Shown here: positions 1 to 6,912 of the stretch, piece by piece
How positions within the stretch are numbered: position 1 is the first letter of the stretch
Layout of the letters: every line of letters begins with the position of its first letter
NCBI GenBank assembly: GCA_040752415.1
Contig: JBFMGU010000297.1
Span: 1-12,485, forward strand
Direction of reading: 5' to 3'
Origin: Myxococcota bacterium
Lineage (GTDB): Bacteria > Myxococcota > JACRCW01
Length of the DNA stretch: 12,485 nucleotides
The notes under the pieces: model-generated
What the model saw: only the letters and a program-made list of their open reading frames with translations
Told to the model about the DNA's origin: nothing
Database searches by the model: none
Made by a program: the position numbers and the translations under genes

Positions 1-516
1 GGAAGCACCCAGCCCCGCACCCGCAAAGCCCAGCAGCTCCGCCACCTGCAGCATGGCCACGCCCAGCCCGCCCACCGCCATGCTCGACACCAGCGGTGCC
101 AGCAGCGCGGTGCGCCCGTCGCCCAGGCGGTCTCCCGTCCAGGTCACGGCGTAGGCCTCCAGCGGCGGACCCAGCAGCAGCACCACCAACGGCCCCACCA
201 CTGGAACCGCCAGGCACGGCGTCACCAGGCCACGCAGGCCGTAACCCGCCAGCACCTGCACGCCGTAGATCACCGGTGACTTCATCCACGGCGCGGGAGT
301 GGCCGGCGCCACGGGCGGTTCCACGGCGGAGAAGGGGTCCACCTTGGGGCTCGGCGCCGGGGTGGCCTGGGGCGGCTCCTCCTTCTTGCGCTTCTTCTTG
401 CGCTTGCGCGGCGCCGCCTCGTCGGTGGTCTGCTCCACCGGGGTGCTCGCGCTCGTCGTGGACGGCTCCGGTGGCGTCGTGGCCGCCAGGTGCAGGCAGA
501 TCAGCAGGGCGATCAT
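1..516 (-). CDS. Uncharacterised membrane protein, paralog of the 513-1460 protein; 3' end runs off the window
   Basis: Not in the ORF track; translated by hand. ATG at 516 overlaps the upstream TGA (ATGA, 513-516) and the frame stays open to position 1: MIALLICLHLAATTPPEPSTTSASTPVEQTTDEAAPRKRKKKRKKEEPPQATPAPSPKVDPFSAVEPPVAPATPAPWMKSPVIYGVQVLAGYGLRGLVTPCLAVPVVGPLVVLLLGPPLEAYAVTWTGDRLGDGRTALLAPLVSSMAVGGLGVAMLQVAELLGFAVRGWVL. Third codon positions are GC-rich. It has a hydrophobic N-terminus, a Pro-rich linker and hydrophobic segments. Confidence 0.85.
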   Translation of the reverse strand, partial: MIALLICLHLAATTPPEPSTTSASTPVEQTTDEAAPRKRKKKRKKEEPPQATPAPSPKVDPFSAVEPPVAPATPAPWMKSPVIYGVQVLAGYGLRGLVTPCLAVPVVGPLVVLLLGPPLEAYAVTWTGDRLGDGRTALLAPLVSSMAVGGLGVAMLQVAELLGFAGAGLGAS

Positions 517-1460
517 GGGCGCCACTCCACGGGCGTCTGTCCCTCGCTCCGTCGACGCTCGTCCTCTTCCTCCTGCTCCTGCGGGTCCTTCTTGAAGAAG
601 GGGAGGGTGGGGAGCTTCACGGAGGGCAGCAGGCGCGGGATGCCGGTGCCGTTGTCGCCCAGGCGCTTGGGCGTGCGGGTGACGTGATAGATGGCCACCG
701 CCACGACGGGGGAGAGCACATTCGACCCCAGCCACGCCACCGCCACACCCAGCAGGCCCAGCGCAACGCCCACCGCCAACGCCGGCCCGCCCGCGACGAG
801 GGAAAGCTGGATGGGCACGCCCACCGTCGGAAAGAGAAACGCCAACGCCACCAGCGCGCCGCCCCCCACGGCGCCCAGCCCGCTCCCCGCCAGCAGCAGG
901 CCCGCTGCCAAGGTCGCCGAGCTCGCGAACGCCAGGTACGACGCCGACGCCACGAAGACGAGGTAGCTGCGGTACGGCCCCAGCCGGTCGCCCGCGTACT
1001 GCACGGCCAGCGCCTCGGCGGCGGGGGCAACCAGCACCGCCAGCAATCCCACGACGGGAATGGCCGCCACCACCCCCAACATCCCCCGCGCTCCCAACGC
1101 CGCCACCACCTGCACGAAGAAGAGCAGGCCACCGCTCAGGAACGGCTGTGGCTCGTCGGGGGCGTAGCCGGGGGGCTTGGGCAGGTCGCGCGGGTTCTCC
1201 GGCGTGGGCAGGTCGTCGTCCCAGTCGCCGTTGTTCCAGCCGTCGTCCTCTTCTTCCTCGTCGTCGTCGGGCGCACCCCCGTCGGGCGCGGGCGTTCCCG
1301 CGTCGGGCGTGTCGCTTCCCGCGTCGGCGGCTCCGCCGTCCGTCGACGAGACTGGAAGCGTGGACTCCGCACCGTTGTCCGCTTGCGCAAGCAGGAGCGC
1401 AGGCACCGCGCCAAGCAGCAGCGCGAGCAGGAGGCGACGCACGGAGCGGAGGTCTCTCAC
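513..1460 (-). CDS. Uncharacterised exported/membrane protein with an acidic low-complexity linker and Gly/Ala/Leu-rich hydrophobic helices
   Basis: Part of ORF 513..1532. Likely start is GTG at 1460, with GGAAGGG 9 nt upstream and no overlap with rimI. It shows a signal-peptide-like RRLLLALLLGAVPALLLA|QA, a DAG/DGG repeat linker, a DDDEEEEDD tract, then several hydrophobic segments. Confidence 0.8.
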   Translation of the reverse strand: MRDLRSVRRLLLALLLGAVPALLLAQADNGAESTLPVSSTDGGAADAGSDTPDAGTPAPDGGAPDDDEEEEDDGWNNGDWDDDLPTPENPRDLPKPPGYAPDEPQPFLSGGLLFFVQVVAALGARGMLGVVAAIPVVGLLAVLVAPAAEALAVQYAGDRLGPYRSYLVFVASASYLAFASSATLAAGLLLAGSGLGAVGGGALVALAFLFPTVGVPIQLSLVAGGPALAVGVALGLLGVAVAWLGSNVLSPVVAVAIYHVTRTPKRLGDNGTGIPRLLPSVKLPTLPFFKKDPQEQEEEDERRRSEGQTPVEWRP

Positions 1461-1494
1461 GCGGCGGCACCCTTCCACGACGTGGCGGCCGGCA

Positions 1495-1998
1495 TCAAGG
1501 TGGTGGCGGATGGAGCGTGCCGTCCTCGGCAATGTCCGCGCGCATCAGGATCGCGTCCTCGTTCTCCTCGCTGTAGTAGCGCGGACGCACGCCGCACGCG
1601 GTGAAGCCCAGGGTCAGGTAGAGCGCCTGCGCACCGTCGTTGCTGCGACGCACCTCCAGGAACACCTGCGTGCAGCCGTCCTCACGCGCGGCCAGCGCGG
1701 CCGCCTGCAGGATGAGCTGACGGGCCACGCCGCGGCGACGGACCCTGGGGCTGCAGGCCACGTTGAGGATGTGCATCTCCCCGGCCACGCACCAGGCGGA
1801 GAGGTAGCCCACCAGCTGCCCCGCGCCCTCCGAGGTGCGCTCGGCCACGTAGAGGCGGCTGACGTCGCGCTTGAACTCCTCGTGGAACTGGTGCGCCTTC
1901 CAGGGCCGCGGGAACGAGGCGTTCTCGATCTCCAGCACCGCGGGCACATCCTCTGGCGTCATGCGGCGCACCCGGATCTGCAGCGCCCGTGCGCTCAC
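1495..1998 (-). CDS. rimI: Ribosomal protein S18-alanine N-acetyltransferase (GNAT family)
   Basis: Motifs IENASFPRPW, EMHILNVAC, RRRGVARQL (acetyl-CoA binding) and LEVRRSN..AQALY..LGF...GVRPRYY...EDAILM, typical of RimI. GTG start overlaps the upstream TGA. Confidence 0.92.
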   Translation of the reverse strand: MSARALQIRVRRMTPEDVPAVLEIENASFPRPWKAHQFHEEFKRDVSRLYVAERTSEGAGQLVGYLSAWCVAGEMHILNVACSPRVRRRGVARQLILQAAALAAREDGCTQVFLEVRRSNDGAQALYLTLGFTACGVRPRYYSEENEDAILMRADIAEDGTLHPPPP

Positions 1999-2627
1999 CG
2001 TGCGTCCTCCGTCGGCACCAGGTAGCGGGCCACCACGCGGATGTTGGCGTTCTTGCGCAGATGCTCCACGTACTCGAACGCTGCCTGTTGTCGCCGGGCG
2101 TGCAGCGCCGCGGCGCGCGCCTCGTCGGGATGGCCCTGCAGCTCGGGGTGCTCGGCCACCAGGCGGGCCACGTCGTCGTCGGTGACGGTGGCGCCGGCCA
2201 TCTGCTCACCCACCAGCCGGTCCACGCGCGCCTCCCGACGCATCATCTCCATGAACTCCGGCTCCGGCAGCTGCGTGGCACGGAGGAACTCCTCGAACTG
2301 CGCGTCGGAGGCAAACCGGGCGCGCACCGCCGTGGCGTGTCTGCGCACGTCCTCGTCGGTCTCCGGAAACCGCTGCCGTCGACGCCCATCCAGCAGCACC
2401 AGCTCCTCCACGATGAGCAGGTTCAGCACCGCGGCGCGCAGGCCGTCATCCACCGGCGCGCGCAGCCCTTCCGCGGCGCCACCTCGTCGGAGCAGGGCCA
2501 GGCGCGCGGAGCGTTCCACGTCGCTGCGGGTGATGACTTCCCGGTCCACCACCGCGGCCACGCCGTCCAGCAGCACCGCGCCCTCGGGCACCGCGCTGAG
2601 CGCCAGAAGGGCCAGCGCCGCGATCAC
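1995..2627 (-). CDS. SurA N-terminal-domain family periplasmic chaperone without a PPIase domain
   Basis: GTG at 2627 with AGGAGG upstream and a GTGA overlap with the engB stop. Signal peptide IAALALLALSA, SurA-type start LDGVAAVVDREVITRSDV, LNLLIVEELVL, and SurA/PrsA-type C-terminus YVEHLRKNANIRV. No parvulin HIL/GGDLG motifs. Confidence 0.75.
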   Translation of the reverse strand: MIAALALLALSAVPEGAVLLDGVAAVVDREVITRSDVERSARLALLRRGGAAEGLRAPVDDGLRAAVLNLLIVEELVLLDGRRRQRFPETDEDVRRHATAVRARFASDAQFEEFLRATQLPEPEFMEMMRREARVDRLVGEQMAGATVTDDDVARLVAEHPELQGHPDEARAAALHARRQQAAFEYVEHLRKNANIRVVARYLVPTEDAR

Positions 2628-3289
2628 GGTTGCGCCTCCTGCGTGGTGGAGCCCGTGCGCGGTTCCGCCAGCGTCCACAGGAGCTCCAGCAGCTCGCCGC
2701 GACCGGACTCCTCGTGCGCGCTGGTGAGCACCACCTCGCGCGGTTCCAGGCCCAGCTCGCGGGCGATGGCGGAGGCGCGTGGCTTGCGCTGGTTCTTGGC
2801 CACCTTGTCGGCCTTGGTGACCACCGTCAGCGCATTCCGCCCTGCCTCCCGCAACGCGGAAGCTGCGCCCACGTCGTCGTCACTGGGGTCGCGGCGGATG
2901 TCCATGAGGAGCAGGGCGGCCACCAGGGGGCGTTCGGATTCCACGTAGTCGCCCAGCATGCGGGAGACCTTGCCGCGCTCCGCCTGGCTCATCTTGGCGT
3001 AGCCATAGCCGGGCAGGTCCACCAGGAAGAGCGCGCGACGCTGCATCGCCGCCTGCAGCTCCACGCGGAAGAAGTTCACCAGCCGCGTGCGTCCCGGCGT
3101 GTTGGAGACGCGCGCCAGCTTGGCCTTTCCCGTCATGAAGTTGAGCAGGCTGCTCTTGCCCACGTTGGAGCGACCCAGCAGCGCCACCTCGGGGAGACCA
3201 CTTGCGGGGTACTGGCGTGGCTGGGCCGCCGACGTGACGTGCTCGGCGGAGAGGATCTTGATTCTTCCGGGGGGAGATGAGGCGGACAC
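2624..3289 (-). CDS. engB: Ribosome-biogenesis GTPase YihA/YsxC (EngB)
   Basis: 3' part of ORF 2624..4315. G1 GRSNVGKSS, G2 PGRT, G3 DLPGYG and G4 TKADK, preceded by the typical IKILSAEHVTSA...P...LPEVAL. The start is uncertain: GTG 3289, or GTG 3358 overlapping the ccsA stop. Confidence 0.93.
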   Translation of the reverse strand: MSASSPPGRIKILSAEHVTSAAQPRQYPASGLPEVALLGRSNVGKSSLLNFMTGKAKLARVSNTPGRTRLVNFFRVELQAAMQRRALFLVDLPGYGYAKMSQAERGKVSRMLGDYVESERPLVAALLLMDIRRDPSDDDVGAASALREAGRNALTVVTKADKVAKNQRKPRASAIARELGLEPREVVLTSAHEESGRGELLELLWTLAEPRTGSTTQEAQP

Positions 3290-3311
3290 GGGGGAGCTCG
3301 GACAGATGGAG

Positions 3312-3350
3312 AAGTCAGAAGCCAGAGCAGGTTCCCCTGACTCCTGACTT
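3312..3350 (-). other. 14-bp stem-loop just downstream of the ccsA stop codon (mRNA stabiliser, processing signal or weak terminator)
   Basis: In minus-strand RNA, AAGUCAGGAGUCAG-(11 nt)-CUGGCUUCUGACUU pairs at all 14 positions, two of them G-U. There is no following U-tract. Confidence 0.55.
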
Positions 3351-3354
3351 GAGG

Positions 3355-4782
3355 TCACGCCGCCCCGTAGCTGTGCAGCCCGTCGGCGAACCAGCCCAGG
3401 TTCACACCCAGGAACCCGCCCAGGATGACGAAGAAGCCCAGCACCGCAATCATCGCGGACGGACGGCCAACCCAGCCGTACGTCACGCGCGCGTGCAGGT
3501 AGATGGCGTAGACGAACCAGATGACCAGCGCGCCGGTCTCCTTGGGATCCCAGCCCCAGTAACGGCCCCACGCGTAGTGCGCCCACAGCGCGCCGGTCAC
3601 CAGCACCACGCCCACCAGCGCGAACGCGATCATCACGCACGCGTAGTTGGCCCGGTCCAGCTTGCGCGTCTCCGGGAGCAGCCTGCGCACGCCCTCCGGC
3701 CTGAGGAGCGCCACCGTGCCAAACAGCATGGGGCCCCAGATCACGAGGAAGAGCGCCATGTCCCACTGGTTCCCGGCGTAGTGGAAGCGCCACGGGCCGG
3801 GCGGCATCAGCTTGCTGGCCACGTCGGGCGGAGGCAGCACTTCGGCGCCGCTCAGGTCGTGGTACAGGATGGTGCCCACCACCGCGGTGAGCAGGCCGAA
3901 CGCGGTGAGGTAGATGGCGCGCGGCACACCCTGCAGCGAGGGAGTGTCCGCGTTGCGGATGCGCCACAGGTAGATGCTGCCGCCCACGCACACCAGCATG
4001 GCGAGGATCATGAGAAGCCCCACGCCGGGCATCGCGTGGTAGTACGTCTTCATCTCGCCACCCTCGATGGCGCGCTGCACCGGAATCCACTCCCCGCCCA
4101 TCTCCCGCAGCAGCTTGGCGTAGTAGCTGCCGGTGGTGAACAGCTGCAGCCCACGACCCTGCACCAGCAGGATTGCCGACGTCAGGATCATGTAGCCCAT
4201 GGCCATCTTGTTGGGCGGGACGCGGTCCTTGACCAGGTAGAACAGGCCCAGCACCGCGGCGATGGTCCCCGCCGAGTAGCCCACCACGCTGCTGATGACG
4301 TGGATCATGATCCACCAGCTCTGCAGCGCGGGCACCAGCGGCTTGATGGTGGGGTCAATGGTGAGGGAGGCCAGGCCCAGCGCAATGAGCGCAATGGTGA
4401 GGCCGAACAGGCCCACCAGCTGCACCCGGTACTTCACCTCCGCGACGAGGAAGACCAGCACCAGGCCGTAGCTCATGAACACCATGATCTCGTACAGGTT
4501 CGACCACGGCGGGTGCTGCGCGAAGATGGCGAACCAGTGCCAACCCGTCAGCGTCACGCCCTCGGCGCGCTCGAACGCCGCCACCTCCACGAGGCCACTC
4601 TCATACCAACGCAGCGTCAGCCCACCGGCCTGCGCCAGGAAGCCCAGTGCGGCAAGCACCGTGGCCACCCGTCGGAGCGAGGGCTTCTTGCTGACGAGGT
4701 TTCCAATGTAGGTGAACAGCGCGAGGAAGTACCCCGCCGCCGTGAAATTGAAGAACGTCACGCTGGTGAACGTATTGCCCAT
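3355..4782 (-). CDS. ccsA: System II cytochrome c synthase subunit CcsA/ResC with a large internal insertion
   Basis: WWD motif WAHYAWGRYWGWDPKET. Family His residues are present in HPPWSNLYE, LQSWWIMIHV, YLHAR and GLHSYG. AGGAGG RBS upstream of ATG 4782. Confidence 0.95.
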   Translation of the reverse strand: MGNTFTSVTFFNFTAAGYFLALFTYIGNLVSKKPSLRRVATVLAALGFLAQAGGLTLRWYESGLVEVAAFERAEGVTLTGWHWFAIFAQHPPWSNLYEIMVFMSYGLVLVFLVAEVKYRVQLVGLFGLTIALIALGLASLTIDPTIKPLVPALQSWWIMIHVISSVVGYSAGTIAAVLGLFYLVKDRVPPNKMAMGYMILTSAILLVQGRGLQLFTTGSYYAKLLREMGGEWIPVQRAIEGGEMKTYYHAMPGVGLLMILAMLVCVGGSIYLWRIRNADTPSLQGVPRAIYLTAFGLLTAVVGTILYHDLSGAEVLPPPDVASKLMPPGPWRFHYAGNQWDMALFLVIWGPMLFGTVALLRPEGVRRLLPETRKLDRANYACVMIAFALVGVVLVTGALWAHYAWGRYWGWDPKETGALVIWFVYAIYLHARVTYGWVGRPSAMIAVLGFFVILGGFLGVNLGWFADGLHSYGAA

Positions 4783-4843
4783 GTCACCCGCCTCCTGGTG
4801 CCCCTTAGGTGGGGGCAGAGTGTAGAGAGCCGCAGGCCACCTG

Positions 4844-6280
4844 TCAGCCCGCCGCTCCCCCTTCCTGCTTGGTGACGCCCTCTTCCTCGTCCAGCTCCGT
4901 CACCAGGCGCTGGAACTCCTCTTCAAACGTGTATTGGTGCCGCTTGGCCGCGCCGGCAATGAGGACGTCATAGGTCCCATCCGCCCGACGGGTGAGCCGC
5001 GCCCAGTACCGGCGGTGGCTCATGAAGAACGCCATGTACATGCCAATGAACATGACGGCGAAGCCGGTGAAGACCACCTCGATGCCGGGGACCTTACCCA
5101 CCTGGATGCCGGTCATGTACGTCTTGTCGGCGCCCTTGTAGTGCAGCGCAAACTCACCCCGACGCGCCTGCTCATCAAAGTCCGGGTAGTTCTTGAACAC
5201 CAGGAAGCTCGTCGGGGGGCGGCCCTCCTGGATCTGCTGCACGCGCAGCGCCTCACCCAGGTCCGCGTACTGCGGGATGATCTCCAGGGGCACATAGGCC
5301 ACGTCGGTGCCGGGGATGCTGATGCGCGTTCCCGGGGAGACGCTGTAGACCGTCTTGGGCTGTCCGGGCCGACCCACCGCCAGCTGCACGCGCTCGTCGC
5401 CGGGAACGGGTTGGTAGCTGGCCTGGTACATCATGTAGCCGCCGTACTCGAGCGGGTCATTGACCTGGATGGTCTTGCGCGCCACCTCGCGGCCGTCCTT
5501 GGTGATGATGGTCAGGTCGCTCTCGAAGTCCAGCGGCGCCCCGTCGACAAACTGCTTGAGCCGGAAGTCGGTGCAGCGGATGTAGAAGCCCAGGTCCTGG
5601 CGGTAGCGCAGGCCCGCGGGGCCCTTGCCAAACGCGTAGCGCCCCACGCTCCCCTCGACGATGCCCACCGTCCCGTCAAACCCGAACGACGTGGTGACAA
5701 TGCTGCCGAACATGATGAAGAGCAGCGCGGTGTGCACCACGTAGACGCCGGTGCGCGCGTACTTGTGCTTCTCCGTGAAGATGTACGTGGTGTCCCCTTC
5801 CTCCAGCACCTGCGGCGGGTCCGCCTTCCCCACGATGTCCAGGAACGCCTCCTTGAAGTGCGCGGCGTCGTCGGCGCGGAAGGACGCCTTGTTCTTGATG
5901 CCGCGGGCGCGCTTGGGGGTGAGGCGCGGGTCGGGGTTGTGGATGTCAATCCAGATCTTGGGGAGCCGCTCGATGCTGCAGGCAATCAGGTTCAGGGCCA
6001 GCAGCAGGATGGACGTGCCGAACCACCAGGAGTGGTACACGTCGTGGAACTCCAGGAACGTGAACGTGTAGTACTTCCACGGCGTCTGCGCCCAGACCCG
6101 CGCGTGGTCCTCGAACGGCTTGGTCTGGTCCACGAACATGCCCACCACGCAGCCCACGGCGAGCATGAAGATGATCACCACCGTGAGGCGCAGCGAGCAG
6201 AACACGTCAAACACGACGTCATAGACCTTGCCCATCCCTCCGCTGCCCTCACGTGGCGGACTGAGCGTGGCGGTGGTCAT
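4844..6280 (-). CDS. resB: System II cytochrome c biogenesis protein ResB/Ccs1 (CcsB)
   Basis: N-terminal SLRLTVVIIFMLAVGCVVG, DVYHSWWF..LLLALNLIACSIER, the conserved transmembrane His in GVYVVHTALL, a periplasmic domain with IQVNDPLEYGGYMMYQASY, and C-terminal PG..VVFTGF..MFIG....FFMSHRRYW. Adjacent to ccsA; ATGA overlap with the upstream gene. Confidence 0.93.
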   Translation of the reverse strand: MTTATLSPPREGSGGMGKVYDVVFDVFCSLRLTVVIIFMLAVGCVVGMFVDQTKPFEDHARVWAQTPWKYYTFTFLEFHDVYHSWWFGTSILLLALNLIACSIERLPKIWIDIHNPDPRLTPKRARGIKNKASFRADDAAHFKEAFLDIVGKADPPQVLEEGDTTYIFTEKHKYARTGVYVVHTALLFIMFGSIVTTSFGFDGTVGIVEGSVGRYAFGKGPAGLRYRQDLGFYIRCTDFRLKQFVDGAPLDFESDLTIITKDGREVARKTIQVNDPLEYGGYMMYQASYQPVPGDERVQLAVGRPGQPKTVYSVSPGTRISIPGTDVAYVPLEIIPQYADLGEALRVQQIQEGRPPTSFLVFKNYPDFDEQARRGEFALHYKGADKTYMTGIQVGKVPGIEVVFTGFAVMFIGMYMAFFMSHRRYWARLTRRADGTYDVLIAGAAKRHQYTFEEEFQRLVTELDEEEGVTKQEGGAAG

Positions 6281-6786
6281 GGCTTGGCTCCTGCGTCAGG
6301 GGTGGCAACGCCGCCGTCGGCAACGGGGCCGTGGCGGATGAGCTGCATCTTGGTGGCGTAGTCGAAGGGGCGGATGGAGGGGGCGGTGTCGTTGTGGCAG
6401 CGGGCGCACGTCTCCGCGTTGCCGCGCTCCATGTACAGCGTCTGCCGCAGCTCCGGGTCCTTCATGATCCAACGCGCGCTGTAGTAGCGGCCACGACCGT
6501 GACACGCCTCGCACTGGACGCCGGCCAGCGCGGGGTCGTTCTCGTCGGGGGCGGTGGTGTGGCACTGGCGGCAGCGCGGGTCCTTGCGCTCGGCCTCGCT
6601 CAGGCGCTCCAGCGCGCGGGCGTGCGCGGACTTCTGCCACGCCTCGTATTCCGCCTGGTGGCACTGTGAGCACTGGGCGGCACCCACGTATTCGCTTTCT
6701 TCCGCGCTCTCCCGACCCCCGGCCATCACTCCGGCCAGGGTCATCCCCGCGAGCGTCAACATGAACATGAACGGACGGGCTGACAC
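6277..6786 (-). CDS. Periplasmic tetraheme c-type cytochrome (c554/c-552-like family)
   Basis: 3' part of ORF 6277..7422. Four CxxCH motifs (CSQCH, CRQCH, CEACH, CARCH), family patterns YVG...CxxCH...Y..W..S.HA and GVQCEACHG.G, and a hydrophobic leader. The start is GTG 6786 or ATG 6768/6762. Confidence 0.9.
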   Translation of the reverse strand: MSARPFMFMLTLAGMTLAGVMAGGRESAEESEYVGAAQCSQCHQAEYEAWQKSAHARALERLSEAERKDPRCRQCHTTAPDENDPALAGVQCEACHGRGRYYSARWIMKDPELRQTLYMERGNAETCARCHNDTAPSIRPFDYATKMQLIRHGPVADGGVATPDAGAKP

Positions 6787-6876
6787 GGCGGGGCAACTTA
6801 TCCGCGGTGCCCCGGGAGCGCCACTGGGTTTGCCTCGGACGTTGGGCCCGTTGAGGACGGCAACGCGGCCTTGAAG

Positions 6877-6905
6877 TTGACCCCACGGAAGGCGCGCGGT
6901 AGCCA
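6877..6905 (+). promoter_or_regulatory. Candidate sigma70-type promoter for the plus-strand operon
   Basis: TTGACC (6877-6882), a 17-nt spacer and TAGCCA (6900-6905), ending 7 nt before ATG 6913. Confidence 0.4.
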
Positions 6906-6912
6906 ACGAGCC

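Noticed and set aside
96..1604. 502-aa plus-strand ORF, and similar long ORFs at 1177-2025, 1989-2948, 3277-4875, 4934-6361, 8062-8928, 8873-9625, 9606-10691 and 10331-12286
   Set aside because: They are antisense shadows of well-supported genes. Stop-poor opposite frames are expected at this GC content, and the translations have no recognisable motifs.
3359..4315. Long N-terminal extension of the engB frame overlapping ccsA (possible fusion or frameshift product)
   Set aside because: The translation is Arg/Gly/Pro/His-rich off-frame sequence, ccsA is intact with its own stop, and I saw no slippery site.
4799..4817. TGCCCC/GGGGCA hairpin in the resB-ccsA spacer as a terminator
   Set aside because: It is only 6 bp with no U-tract and lies between two subunits of one complex, just upstream of the ccsA RBS. 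It is not distinguishable from chance.
6808..6823. Possible sigma54 promoter on the minus strand (TGGCGC-N5-GGGCA, GG-N10-GC spacing)
   Set aside because: It lacks the TTGC of the -12 element, and this spacing is common by chance in GC-rich DNA.
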